Of a DNA stretch of 59,458 nt, positions 32,328 through 40,460 are shown one piece after another. Below the pieces are notes generated by a model. That model saw only the letters and a list, made by a program, of their open reading frames with translations, did no database searches and was not told where the DNA came from. The DNA comes from Acidobacteriota bacterium (GTDB lineage: Bacteria > Acidobacteriota > Thermoanaerobaculia > UBA5066 > Gp7-AA6). The stretch lies in assembly GCA_040004075.1 (NCBI GenBank), contig JBDUBP010000200.1, positions 1 through 59,458 of the forward strand, written 5' to 3'. Made by a program: the position numbers and the translations under genes. Within the stretch, counting starts at the first letter, position 1. Each line of letters starts with the position of its first letter.

Positions 32328-34958
32328 GAACGCGCTCAGATCCGAGGCGCTCGAGAGCCGGCCGGAGGGGTTGGAGTAAATCCTGACGGCTCCCGTCTGC
32401 GTGTCGGTCACACGGACGGTGTAGGCGACGTCCGAGAGCGCGCCGGAGAAGACCCAGAATCGTCCGTTGAAGGCGCGGCCGTCCACGACCTTGACGACGA
32501 GCTCGACGTTGTTCGCGGAGAAGAACCAGAAGTAGCCCGTGTCCGCGGTCAGGGGGACGGCGGAACCGGCGCCGTTCGTTCCCTGCGACGGGACCTGCCA
32601 GGCGACCTCGACACGGAAGCGTCCGCCATTCAGGCAGAGTGCGGCGGACGTGGCAACGCAGGGCGCTTCGGTTCCTGCCTCGCCCGGCTCCGCGGCATCC
32701 AGCGGCCGGTCGCTCCCGGGAAAGGGCGCTGCCGGGTCGGCTGACCTCGGCGGCTCGCCGGGCCCCGCCGTCGCCGGCGAAAACGCCGAGGTGTCGGCGG
32801 AGCTGGCCAGCGTGCCCTGCGGGTTCGTGTACGTCCTGACGGCCCCCGTCCGCGTATCGGTCACGTCGACGGTGTACTCGACGTCGGAGAGCGCTCCGGA
32901 GAAGAACCAGAATTTCCCGTTGACCGCGCCGCCGTCGACGACTTTCACGATCAGCTCGACGTTGTTGCTCGTGAAGAACCAGAAGTAGCCCGTGTCCCCG
33001 GTCAGCGCCACGGGAGTGCCCGTCCCGCTCGTACCCTGCGACGGCACGCGCCACGCCGCCTGAACGCGGAATCGTCCGGAGTTCAGGCACAGGGCGCTTC
33101 CACCTCCGCACGCGGACACCACCACCGCTTCCGTTGCGGTGCTCGATCCCGCCGCGTTTCGGACGGTCAGCCCGACGGTGTACGCCCCGGCGGACGCGAA
33201 CGTGTGAGCGGGATTGCGCGTCACGGCGAAATTCGCGTTCCCGGAACCCGGATCGCCGAAGGACCACTCCCAGGACGTCGGCGCGCCGGAAGAGCCGTCC
33301 GTGAACTGCACGGGAACGCCGGCGCCCGGAGACGCGGGAGCGAACGAGATCTCCGCCCGGGGCGTCTGCGGGACGGCCGGGGCGGACCCCACGGTCACGG
33401 CGCGCGAGGCGACACTCGAGCCGCCGGCATTCCCGGCCGTGAGCGTCACGATCCATGTGCCCGCCGCGAAGACGTGGCTCGGATTCTGCGCCGCCGCGGA
33501 GGTGCCGTCGCCGAAGCTCCAGGTCCAGGCCGTCGGCGAGCCGGACGTCGCGTCGGCGAAGGCCACGGGCTGGCCCGCAACGGGAGCGGACGGCGAGAAG
33601 GAGAACGAGGCGGAGGGGGCTCCGGGCCCCGGCGTCACGCCGCCGCTCCCGTAGTAGTACTGGATCGCCTGGACGTCGTCGGCCTGGGGAGAAGAGGGGT
33701 GGGCGGACGGAATGACGGAGTGCATCACCGCGGCATTGCGATCGGCGACGCTGGTCGTCGAATGGCCGCTCGGGCCGTCGTCCGAGTGTCCGAGCCCCAG
33801 CGTGTGGCCGAGCTCATGGAGCACCGCGGACCTGAACGTCGCCGCGGAGTAGCAGTCGCCTGTCACCTTTCGCATCCAGACGTTTCCGGAGGACGACGCG
33901 AAGTATCCGCTCTCCCCCTTGAACGCGGGCGCGGAGCGCGCGGTCCCGGGACCGCCGTACCCGATGATCCCTCCGCTCCCGCACGACAGCGGGTCCGTCC
34001 ACGCGCCGGGCTGGCTCGTGACGTCGAGGTTGACGACCACGGGGGCGGATCCGGAGGAGAAGCTGTAACGCACGGTCGAGCCCGGAACCGAGCTCCACTG
34101 CGTGGCGCCGCTCTGCACCGCGGAGACGCCGTTGGATCCGTCCGAGAGCCCCGTCTGGACGCCGTTGGCGGAGACGATCGCCTGCGGCGAAAGGCCCGTG
34201 TCCCAGTACCAGCGGAAAAGGCTGCCGCCCCCTTCCACTCCGCCGATGTTCACCCAGAGCAGCTTCTTCGAAGCGCCGGAGGGAGAAGTGCCGGGATCGC
34301 GCAGCTCGCCGTCCGGAGACGCGTACAGAACGTCCGGCGCCGCCGCGCCCGCCGCGACCGACCGCACCATCGCCAGGAAGGAGCCGGCGTCCCTCAGAGA
34401 GCGGGGGGGCGCGGAGTCCAAGGAAGCGGGAAGGAGGATCCGTCGACGGGATGCCCGGTCATCCTCACCGTCCGAGAAAACGGGCCGCACCGCGAATCCG
34501 CGGCCAGCGCGGTCGCGCACGAGGTCGAATTTCGAGAGCCCGAACTCGGTGAGCGCGTAATCCGGTCCCGCCGCGCCCCGGCGCGAGAGAAACAGCACGA
34601 CGTCGCTTCCCGGGGAAAGCTCCGGGGTGCCGGGAATCCAGAAAGCCGTTCCGGCGTCGACGCCGCCGGGAAGGCTCACCCGGAACACGTCGCCCTCGGA
34701 GAGGTCCGATCCCTTCAGCGCTTCGAGAACGCGCAGAGACGTCAGGGTAAAGAGACCGTCCGCGCCGGCGCCGATCGGAGCGTGCGCGACGCGGCCGGAC
34801 AGGACCTGGGCGCGCACGATCACGGGGGTTTTTTTCGCGAGGTCCGCGTCTGAAAGCGGCAGGTAAGAGGCCGCGAAAATGGGCCTCGCTCCCGCGACCA
34901 GCATCGCGAGGAAGGCGAAAATGAGGACTCGGGCGCGGCGCGAGGCGGGGACGGGCAT
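32325..34958 (-). CDS. secreted multidomain metzincin-type zinc metalloprotease with 2 PKD domains and 2 tandem copies of an uncharacterised ~110-aa C-terminal module
   Basis: Signal peptide RVLIFAFLAMLVAGARPIFA. Zinc site HELGHTLGLGHSDD (HExxHxxGxxH). Two PKD-like repeats (WSFGDG, WEWSFGD). Duplicated module CLNxGRFRV..W.VPSQGT.G.G...L..DTGYFWFF..NNVEL.VKVVDG...NG.FW.FSGALSDV.YTV.VTDT.TGAVR.Y.NP. Confidence 0.85.
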   Translation of the reverse strand: MPVPASRRARVLIFAFLAMLVAGARPIFAASYLPLSDADLAKKTPVIVRAQVLSGRVAHAPIGAGADGLFTLTSLRVLEALKGSDLSEGDVFRVSLPGGVDAGTAFWIPGTPELSPGSDVVLFLSRRGAAGPDYALTEFGLSKFDLVRDRAGRGFAVRPVFSDGEDDRASRRRILLPASLDSAPPRSLRDAGSFLAMVRSVAAGAAAPDVLYASPDGELRDPGTSPSGASKKLLWVNIGGVEGGGSLFRWYWDTGLSPQAIVSANGVQTGLSDGSNGVSAVQSGATQWSSVPGSTVRYSFSSGSAPVVVNLDVTSQPGAWTDPLSCGSGGIIGYGGPGTARSAPAFKGESGYFASSSGNVWMRKVTGDCYSAATFRSAVLHELGHTLGLGHSDDGPSGHSTTSVADRNAAVMHSVIPSAHPSSPQADDVQAIQYYYGSGGVTPGPGAPSASFSFSPSAPVAGQPVAFADATSGSPTAWTWSFGDGTSAAAQNPSHVFAAGTWIVTLTAGNAGGSSVASRAVTVGSAPAVPQTPRAEISFAPASPGAGVPVQFTDGSSGAPTSWEWSFGDPGSGNANFAVTRNPAHTFASAGAYTVGLTVRNAAGSSTATEAVVVSACGGGSALCLNSGRFRVQAAWRVPSQGTSGTGTPVALTGDTGYFWFFTSNNVELIVKVVDGGAVNGKFWFFSGALSDVEYTVDVTDTRTGAVRTYTNPQGTLASSADTSAFSPATAGPGEPPRSADPAAPFPGSDRPLDAAEPGEAGTEAPCVATSAALCLNGGRFRVEVAWQVPSQGTNGAGSAVPLTADTGYFWFFSANNVELVVKVVDGRAFNGRFWVFSGALSDVAYTVRVTDTQTGAVRIYSNPSGRLSSASDLSAF

Positions 34959-35152
34959 GGATTCCTCGGGAGATACGGTACAGGGGTGGAAATTAGATTT
35001 TACGCGGGGACCTCCGCGCTGTCCAGAGTCTGAGCAAAGAGCGGCGAAGTGGTCCGGATTCCCGCCTGCGGCCCCACGCGAGAAACGTTTGTGCGGCGAG
35101 ACATTTGGCGCGATTGAAGCCCGCGGAGCTTCGAGTTATATTCGCCGCCGGC

Positions 35153-35228
<76 letters not shown>

Positions 35229-35734
35229 ACGTTCATTTCAAAGGGCCTAAGCCCTGTCCATTACTGCATCCAAGACTTACTGGCATTTCTTAAACGCCTC
35301 CGAAACGGGGCGTGTTTCATTTCGGGTCGAAAATCATTTCACCGGACACGAGAGAATCCTCCTCGCGTCCGCAATTTCGCGAAACGCATTCGCCCGAGTT
35401 TCTTCCCGATCACGGGAAGGCGACGGGCTTGAGTGCCGCCCATGTTTTCGTGGAGGATGCCGTGCCCACGCTTCAGGACTACTGCACCCGTAATGGCCCA
35501 TCGGGGCGATCTCGGAAAAGACTCAGGCAGTGGAAGAGGGGGGGACGGCCCGCGCGCGACCGGACCCAAGTCCAAGCGTTCCCGTGTGTTGGCAAATTTT
35601 TCACAAGAAACCGGGTGACGGTGTCGATCCCGCAGGTCCCCGTTCGTCGTGATGGCAGAAGGGCGGAATAGGCCGGTCGCGTTGCCCGGCGGGCGCCGCT
35701 CGAAAGAAAATGCGGAACGAAAAGGAGACCGACG

Positions 35735-36169
35735 ATGCGATTCATGGTGATCGTCAAGGCGAACGAGGAGTCGGAAGCAGGGGTCCCGCCGGACGAGAAG
35801 CTCATGACCGAATGGGGCAAGTTCAACGAGGAACTGATGAAGGCCGGCGTGCTGCTCGCGGCCGAAGGGCTTCACCCGAGCTCCAAGGGCGTTCGCGTCT
35901 GTTTCTCGGGAGCGAAGCGCACCGTCATCGACGGACCGTTTGCCGAGACCAAGGAGCTCGTCGCGGGGTTCTCGCTCCTCCAGGTGAAGTCCCGAGAGGA
36001 AGCGATCGAGTGGGTCAAGCGGTCGCCCAATTGCTTTCCCGAAGGCGATTTCGTGATCGAGATCCGCCAGATCCTCGAGTTCGACGACTTCGGCATGGAG
36101 TTCACGCCGGAGCGTCGGGAACGGAAAGAGCTGCTTCGTGCGCAAATGGAAGCGAAGAAGAATTCGTAG
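35735..36169 (+). CDS. YciI family protein (DGPF motif)
   Basis: Sequence MRFMVIVKANEESEAG...VIDGPFAETKELVAGFSLLQVKSREEAIEW, with SD AAGGAG 6 nt upstream. Confidence 0.8.
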   Translation: MRFMVIVKANEESEAGVPPDEKLMTEWGKFNEELMKAGVLLAAEGLHPSSKGVRVCFSGAKRTVIDGPFAETKELVAGFSLLQVKSREEAIEWVKRSPNCFPEGDFVIEIRQILEFDDFGMEFTPERRERKELLRAQMEAKKNS

Positions 36170-36219
36170 CGGACAGCGGACAGACAGCGGACAGCCGAGA
36201 GCCGAGAGCTGACATCCGA
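36168..36219 (+). repeat. heptamer-type array (AGCGGAC / AGCCGAG / AGCTGAC units) abutting the second tRNA-fragment copy
   Basis: Sequence AGCGGAC AGCGGAC AGAC AGCGGAC AGCCGAG AGCCGAG AGCTGAC ATCCGAG. Confidence 0.75.
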
Positions 36220-36253
36220 GATGTCGCCGGTTCGAACCCGGTTGCCCGCTCCA
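36220..36253 (+). repeat. direct repeat copy 2 (orphan tRNA-Gly 3' fragment), attR-like
   Basis: Identical 34-mer. There is no upstream tRNA body. Confidence 0.9.
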
Positions 36254-36360
36254 TACGTCGGAGGAGTCCGCCGCCTCCCGCGAGCGGTTGGATCAGGATG
36301 GCGCGATGACTCTTCGCGAGGAATTTCGGAAGCGGGGGACGTCCGGAAGGAGCGTCGGCC

Positions 36361-37779
36361 TCACGCCGGCGCGTATGTGGGGTCGAGGCCCGCCATTCTC
36401 TGGACGGAGATGTAACGCCCCAGCGCGGAGAGTCCGAGCGGGAACCACATCCACAGGTGAATGTAGAAGCCGGACCCGAGCTCCTCCAGGACGACAGCCG
36501 CCAGCAGCCAGACGCTCAGGAACCGAAACGTCGTCGACGGCCGCTCCGGCACGCGCGGATAGTTTTCAGAGATGGCGAGGAACAGCGTCATGAAGAGGAG
36601 CACGCCCGCGAGGCCGAACTCGGCGACCATGCCCGTGATCCCGACCCAGGAGCCGCCGCTCGAAACCACGTCGGGGAAGCCGAGCTGTTTTCCGCGGACT
36701 TTCCGACCGCCGCGAACTGTCCCACGCCGATGCCCACGAAGGGCGAGTTGTTCGTGACGAGTAGCGCGTAACGCGCGTTGTGCAGGTAGAAGCCCCGCGA
36801 AAAGTAAGGCGCCGTCAGGGAGTAGAGGGACTCCGCGGGGCTCGCAAGCTCGGCTCTCAGACGCTCGCGCACCCGCCGCGGAACGCGGCCGCCCGATGTT
36901 CCGGCGTACACCCCCAGGAGCAGCACGACGACGGCGAGACCGGCGATCACGAACAGCCGGACCCGCCGTGTGAGCATCCGGTGCACGGCGACCGCCATAC
37001 CTCCGACGAGGACGAAAAGAGCGGCGATGCCTCCCAGGGACATCGTGAAAAGGATCCCTGCCGCCATGACGATGAGCGCGGCGATCCAGAGCAGGCCCTC
37101 GGTCCGGCGGTCCCGGTTGAATCGCTTGCGCGCCAGCCAGGCGGCGCTCACGATCGCGGTCAAGAGATGATTCGCGAGGTATCTCGGCTCCGCAAAAGTC
37201 GCCGTGGCACGCCACACCCCGAAAAATCCTCCCCTCATGGGTTCGCGGGAGAGATGATTCAAGACGTCGATTCCGGTCGGCCACCCGTGACTGAAGGCGA
37301 GGGTCTGCTAGATTCCATAGAGCGCCAGGACCACTCCCTCGCACACCAGGATGCCCAGGATGGAGTCGAACTGCGCGGTCGTGAAGTTCGCCGAGGACAG
37401 AACGAGGAAAACCGCCAGCATGAACGCGAGATGAGCGAAGCTCCGCGAAAAGTGCTGACGGAAAAGCCCGGGAGTCGGTAAAAGCCGTAAGGCAGGAGCG
37501 GCACCAGGAGTAGTCCCGTGGCGACCAGAGACAGGGCGAGACTCGGCCGTCCCCGGCTGCGAAACAGCGTACCGGCCGCCGCGGTCACGATCAGAACGCT
37601 GCCGCTGATGTGCGCGGATCCAGACCGAAGCCCCGTCAGACGAAGAACGGGATGTCGGCGAGCGGGAGGGAGAGGCCGACCAGGGTGACGAGCCAGAATT
37701 CCGCGGTCGAGCTCCAGTTCGGAAAGGATCTCCCGCGATCGAAATCTGCGAGGCAAATGGCTGGATTACCGGGCGGCAT
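36361..37779 (-). pseudogene. O-antigen ligase (Wzy/WaaL-like) family membrane protein gene, disrupted by an in-frame TAG (37308-37310) and at least two frameshifts
   Basis: Membrane-protein segments lie in three reverse frames: MPPGNPAICLADF...PLADIPFFV-stop; then ...FAHLAFMLAVFLVLSSANFTTAQFDSILGILVCEGVVLALYGI-TAG-QTLAFSHGW...; then LLWIAALIVMAAGILFTMSLGGIAALFVLVGG...; then a C-terminal part in another frame (GITGMVAEFGLAGVLLFMTLF...). Confidence 0.55.
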
Positions 37780-38294
37780 TCCGAGCCGGGGAGGGGACGG
37801 CGAGCCGCGCCGCCAGGGAAGAGAACGATGGGAGCGCGGGGCGCCCGCGACGCCGCCCGATACTGCGACCCGGGAAAGGCGTCGCGTCTCGCCTCCGAAG
37901 CATGGATCCCCCTGGGTTAGTCGGAAAGGGTATGAAGCTGTATTTTTCGGGTCGGTACGCCTCCGAACACCAGGGGTGAATCGCGATCGCGTTTTTCCCG
38001 GCCGCGCGCAGCAGTGTTGCCGGTTCGGGAGTCCTCCGCGGCTCCTCTCGTTCCTGTTGACGTGGCGCGGCCCGGAGGGTATGCCGTGAGGCGCCCGCGG
38101 CCCTAGCGGACTTGCGCTGCCCGGAGAGGCGACTCGATCGTGGAGGCACTCCGCGAAATACGGGGCGTAGGCCCGGCGAGCCGTCTCCGGGGGGCCAGAG
38201 GCCGCGCTTCCGCCGGGGAGGCGAGGGGGAAGCGTCGGCTCCTCCCGGATCGCCGAAAAACACGGATGTGCCCGGCGCCGCGCCGAGCCGTGGC

Positions 38295-38300
38295 TACAAT
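38295..38300 (+). promoter_or_regulatory. candidate -10 box TACAAT 12 nt upstream of ATG 38313, with no SD
   Basis: Sequence tggcTACAATccccttttgagaATG. Confidence 0.3.
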
Positions 38301-38312
38301 CCCCTTTTGAGA

Positions 38313-39980
38313 ATGCCTTTCTCTCGAAACGATGTGCGGCGTTCGCCGCGGCGGACCCCCGGCGCCGCGGCGGAGCCGGCCGTCGCGAGGAACCGCCGGC
38401 TCCAAAAATTCCGGGCGGCCTCCGCGATCCTGCTCCTTCTCGCGTTTCCCGGCCGCAGCGCCAGTTCCCTGGGGCCGAAGCCGCGCGAAGTGACAATCCT
38501 CTACACGAACGACTTCCACAGCGCCTTCGACCCCATTCCGGCGTACTGGCTCCCCGGCAGCCCCAGGCTCGGCGGCGCCGCGCACCTCGCCGGACTCGTC
38601 CAGCAGATCCGGCGCCGGAAGGCGACGACGTTTCTCTTCGACGCCGGCGACATGTTTACCGGAATGCTGTCGAACCTGACGCGCGGCGAAGCGTTGATGG
38701 AAATGATGATGAGCATGGGTTACGACGCGATGGTCATCGGCAACCATGAGTTCGACTATGGAAGCGAGAACTTCACGCGGCAGATGCACCGGGTTCCGTT
38801 CCCCGTCCTCGCGGCGAACGTCTTCCACAAGGGCACGAGGCGGTACTACAGCCGGCCCTATGCGCTCATCGAACGAAACGGCCTGCGCCTGGCGGTGATC
38901 GGAATCATCGGGGAAGACGCGCGAAGCGTGGCGCTCCCCTCGGGGATCACCGAACTCGATTTCACCGATCCGATTCCCGAAGTTCGCGCCGCGGTGAAGG
39001 AGCTGCGGCCGCAGGCCGACCTGGTCGTCGTTCTCGCCCATCAGGGCAAGACCGGTCCGCAGCAGACCGACGCCGAGGCGCGGCCCGAAGTGCAGCGGGA
39101 CTTCGACGAGGACATCCGCCTCTGCGGCGAGGTCGAGGGGATCGACGTCTTCATCGGCGGGCACGCGCATCGCGGTATCGAAACCCCGTTCGTCCACCCG
39201 AAAACCGGGACTCTGATCGTTCAGACCTACGGATACGGCACGCGGCTTGGCGTCCTGAAACTGAGCCTCCGGGGCGGGCGGGTCGTCGCGTATCGGGGGG
39301 AGCTGCGCAAGGTCTGGAGCGACCGGATCCCCGCCGACCGGACGGTGGCCGCGAAGCTCGAACGGTACAAGCGGGAGACGGCTCAGGAAATCGGCGTGGT
39401 CGTCGGGCGATCGAAGGCGCGCCTCGTGCGCGATTACAACCGCGAGTCGCCGCTCGGCTCCTTCATCGCGGACGTGATGCGCGATCAGGGAACCGCCGAC
39501 GCCGCCTTCGAGAACGCGGGCGGTCTCCGCGCGGATCTGCCGGCGGGGCCTGTGACCAACGGGAACGTCCTCGACGCTCTTCCCTTCCTGAACACGCTCG
39601 TCACCTGCGAGATGAGCGGGGACCAGATTCGCGCGGTTCTCGAGCAGGGGCTCTCGCTCGAGCGCGGACTCATCCAGGTCTCGGGGATCAGAGCCTCCTA
39701 CGATCTCGGACGTCCCGTCGGTCAGCGGCTCGTCGAGGTCGCCGTCGGCGGCCGCCCGCTCGAAGGGACGCGCCCTTATCGCGTCGCGACCAACAGCTTT
39801 CTCGGGCAGGGGGGCGACCTCTACCGGACCTTCCTCGACGTGAAGGCGACGGACACGGGAAAGGCCCTGTCGGACGTCGTCATCGGGTTTTTGCGGAGCC
39901 GTCCGGAGGTATCGGCCCCCGCGCCGGGGCGTTGGGCGCCCGTCGGAGTGGGAAACCGGGAGCCGGGCAGGCGGCCATAG
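38313..39980 (+). CDS. bifunctional metallophosphatase / 5'-nucleotidase (UshA-like), secreted
   Basis: Signal region with RNRRLQKF (Tat-like) plus a hydrophobic stretch. Motifs ILYTNDFHS, GDMFTG, GNHEFDYG and GGHAH. C-terminal 5'-nucleotidase substrate domain (GGLRADL..G.VT.G). Confidence 0.85.
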   Translation: MPFSRNDVRRSPRRTPGAAAEPAVARNRRLQKFRAASAILLLLAFPGRSASSLGPKPREVTILYTNDFHSAFDPIPAYWLPGSPRLGGAAHLAGLVQQIRRRKATTFLFDAGDMFTGMLSNLTRGEALMEMMMSMGYDAMVIGNHEFDYGSENFTRQMHRVPFPVLAANVFHKGTRRYYSRPYALIERNGLRLAVIGIIGEDARSVALPSGITELDFTDPIPEVRAAVKELRPQADLVVVLAHQGKTGPQQTDAEARPEVQRDFDEDIRLCGEVEGIDVFIGGHAHRGIETPFVHPKTGTLIVQTYGYGTRLGVLKLSLRGGRVVAYRGELRKVWSDRIPADRTVAAKLERYKRETAQEIGVVVGRSKARLVRDYNRESPLGSFIADVMRDQGTADAAFENAGGLRADLPAGPVTNGNVLDALPFLNTLVTCEMSGDQIRAVLEQGLSLERGLIQVSGIRASYDLGRPVGQRLVEVAVGGRPLEGTRPYRVATNSFLGQGGDLYRTFLDVKATDTGKALSDVVIGFLRSRPEVSAPAPGRWAPVGVGNREPGRRP

Positions 39981-40414
39981 TGTATAATAAAGACCTGACC
40001 CCGTGGGATGTGCGGGCGAACTTCGACCGGCAGACGTTCATGCGGGCCCTCGGGGCGACGCTCGAGGTCGTGGAGGCCGGGCGGGTCGAAATCGGTGTCT
40101 CCTTCTCGGAGGGGCTGTGCCAGCAGAACGGGTTTCTGCACGCGGGCGTGCTGACGAGCGTCGCGGACTCGGCCTGCGGCTACGCGGCGCTCACGATGGC
40201 GCCGCCGGACCACGACGTGCTCGCCGTCGAGTTCAAGATCAACCTTCTGCGGCCGGCGTCGGCGCCGCGATTCGTCGCGCGCGCCCGGGTCCTGCGTGCC
40301 GGGCGCACGCTGACGGTCTGCACGGCGGAGGTGTTCGGAATCACGCCTTCGGGGGAGGAACTGGTCGCGACGATGCTTTCGACCGTGATCGTGCGGCCCA
40401 TCCGCGGCGCCTAG
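39980..40414 (+). CDS. PaaI-family hotdog thioesterase
   Basis: Sequence QQNGFLHAGVLTSVADSACGYAA...VEFKINLLRPA...RAGRTLTVCTAEVF. The start is uncertain (GTG 39980 overlaps the upstream stop by 1 nt). Confidence 0.7.
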   Translation: MYNKDLTPWDVRANFDRQTFMRALGATLEVVEAGRVEIGVSFSEGLCQQNGFLHAGVLTSVADSACGYAALTMAPPDHDVLAVEFKINLLRPASAPRFVARARVLRAGRTLTVCTAEVFGITPSGEELVATMLSTVIVRPIRGA

Positions 40415-40460
40415 GGCCGCCGCCTCCGGGCCGGCGCCAGGGTCCCGCGAAGCGCGCCGC

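Larger units (their letters stand above)
35229..36219 (+). mobile_element. about 1-kb tRNA-Gly-associated islet (integrated-element remnant) with no integrase; the only cargo is a YciI-family gene
   Basis: It is flanked by a perfect 34-bp direct repeat of the tRNA 3' end. The first ~150 nt are visibly more AT-rich than the surroundings. Confidence 0.45.

Noticed and set aside
35229-35734. Searched the islet for an integrase, excisionase or ECF sigma factor remnant. YciI genes often neighbour ECF sigma factors.
   Set aside because: No frame on either strand gave recognisable integrase (R..HxxR..Y) or sigma-70 region 2/4 motifs. The ORFs there (35312-35671 and 35339-36145) are low-complexity or antisense to the YciI gene.
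37780-38312. A ~530-bp gap with the 286-aa reverse ORF 37636-38496 as a possible gene or ncRNA.
   Set aside because: The ORF is Arg/Pro/Gly-rich without motifs. I could find no convincing structure or repeats. It is more likely decayed sequence upstream of the ligase pseudogene plus the 5'-nucleotidase promoter region.
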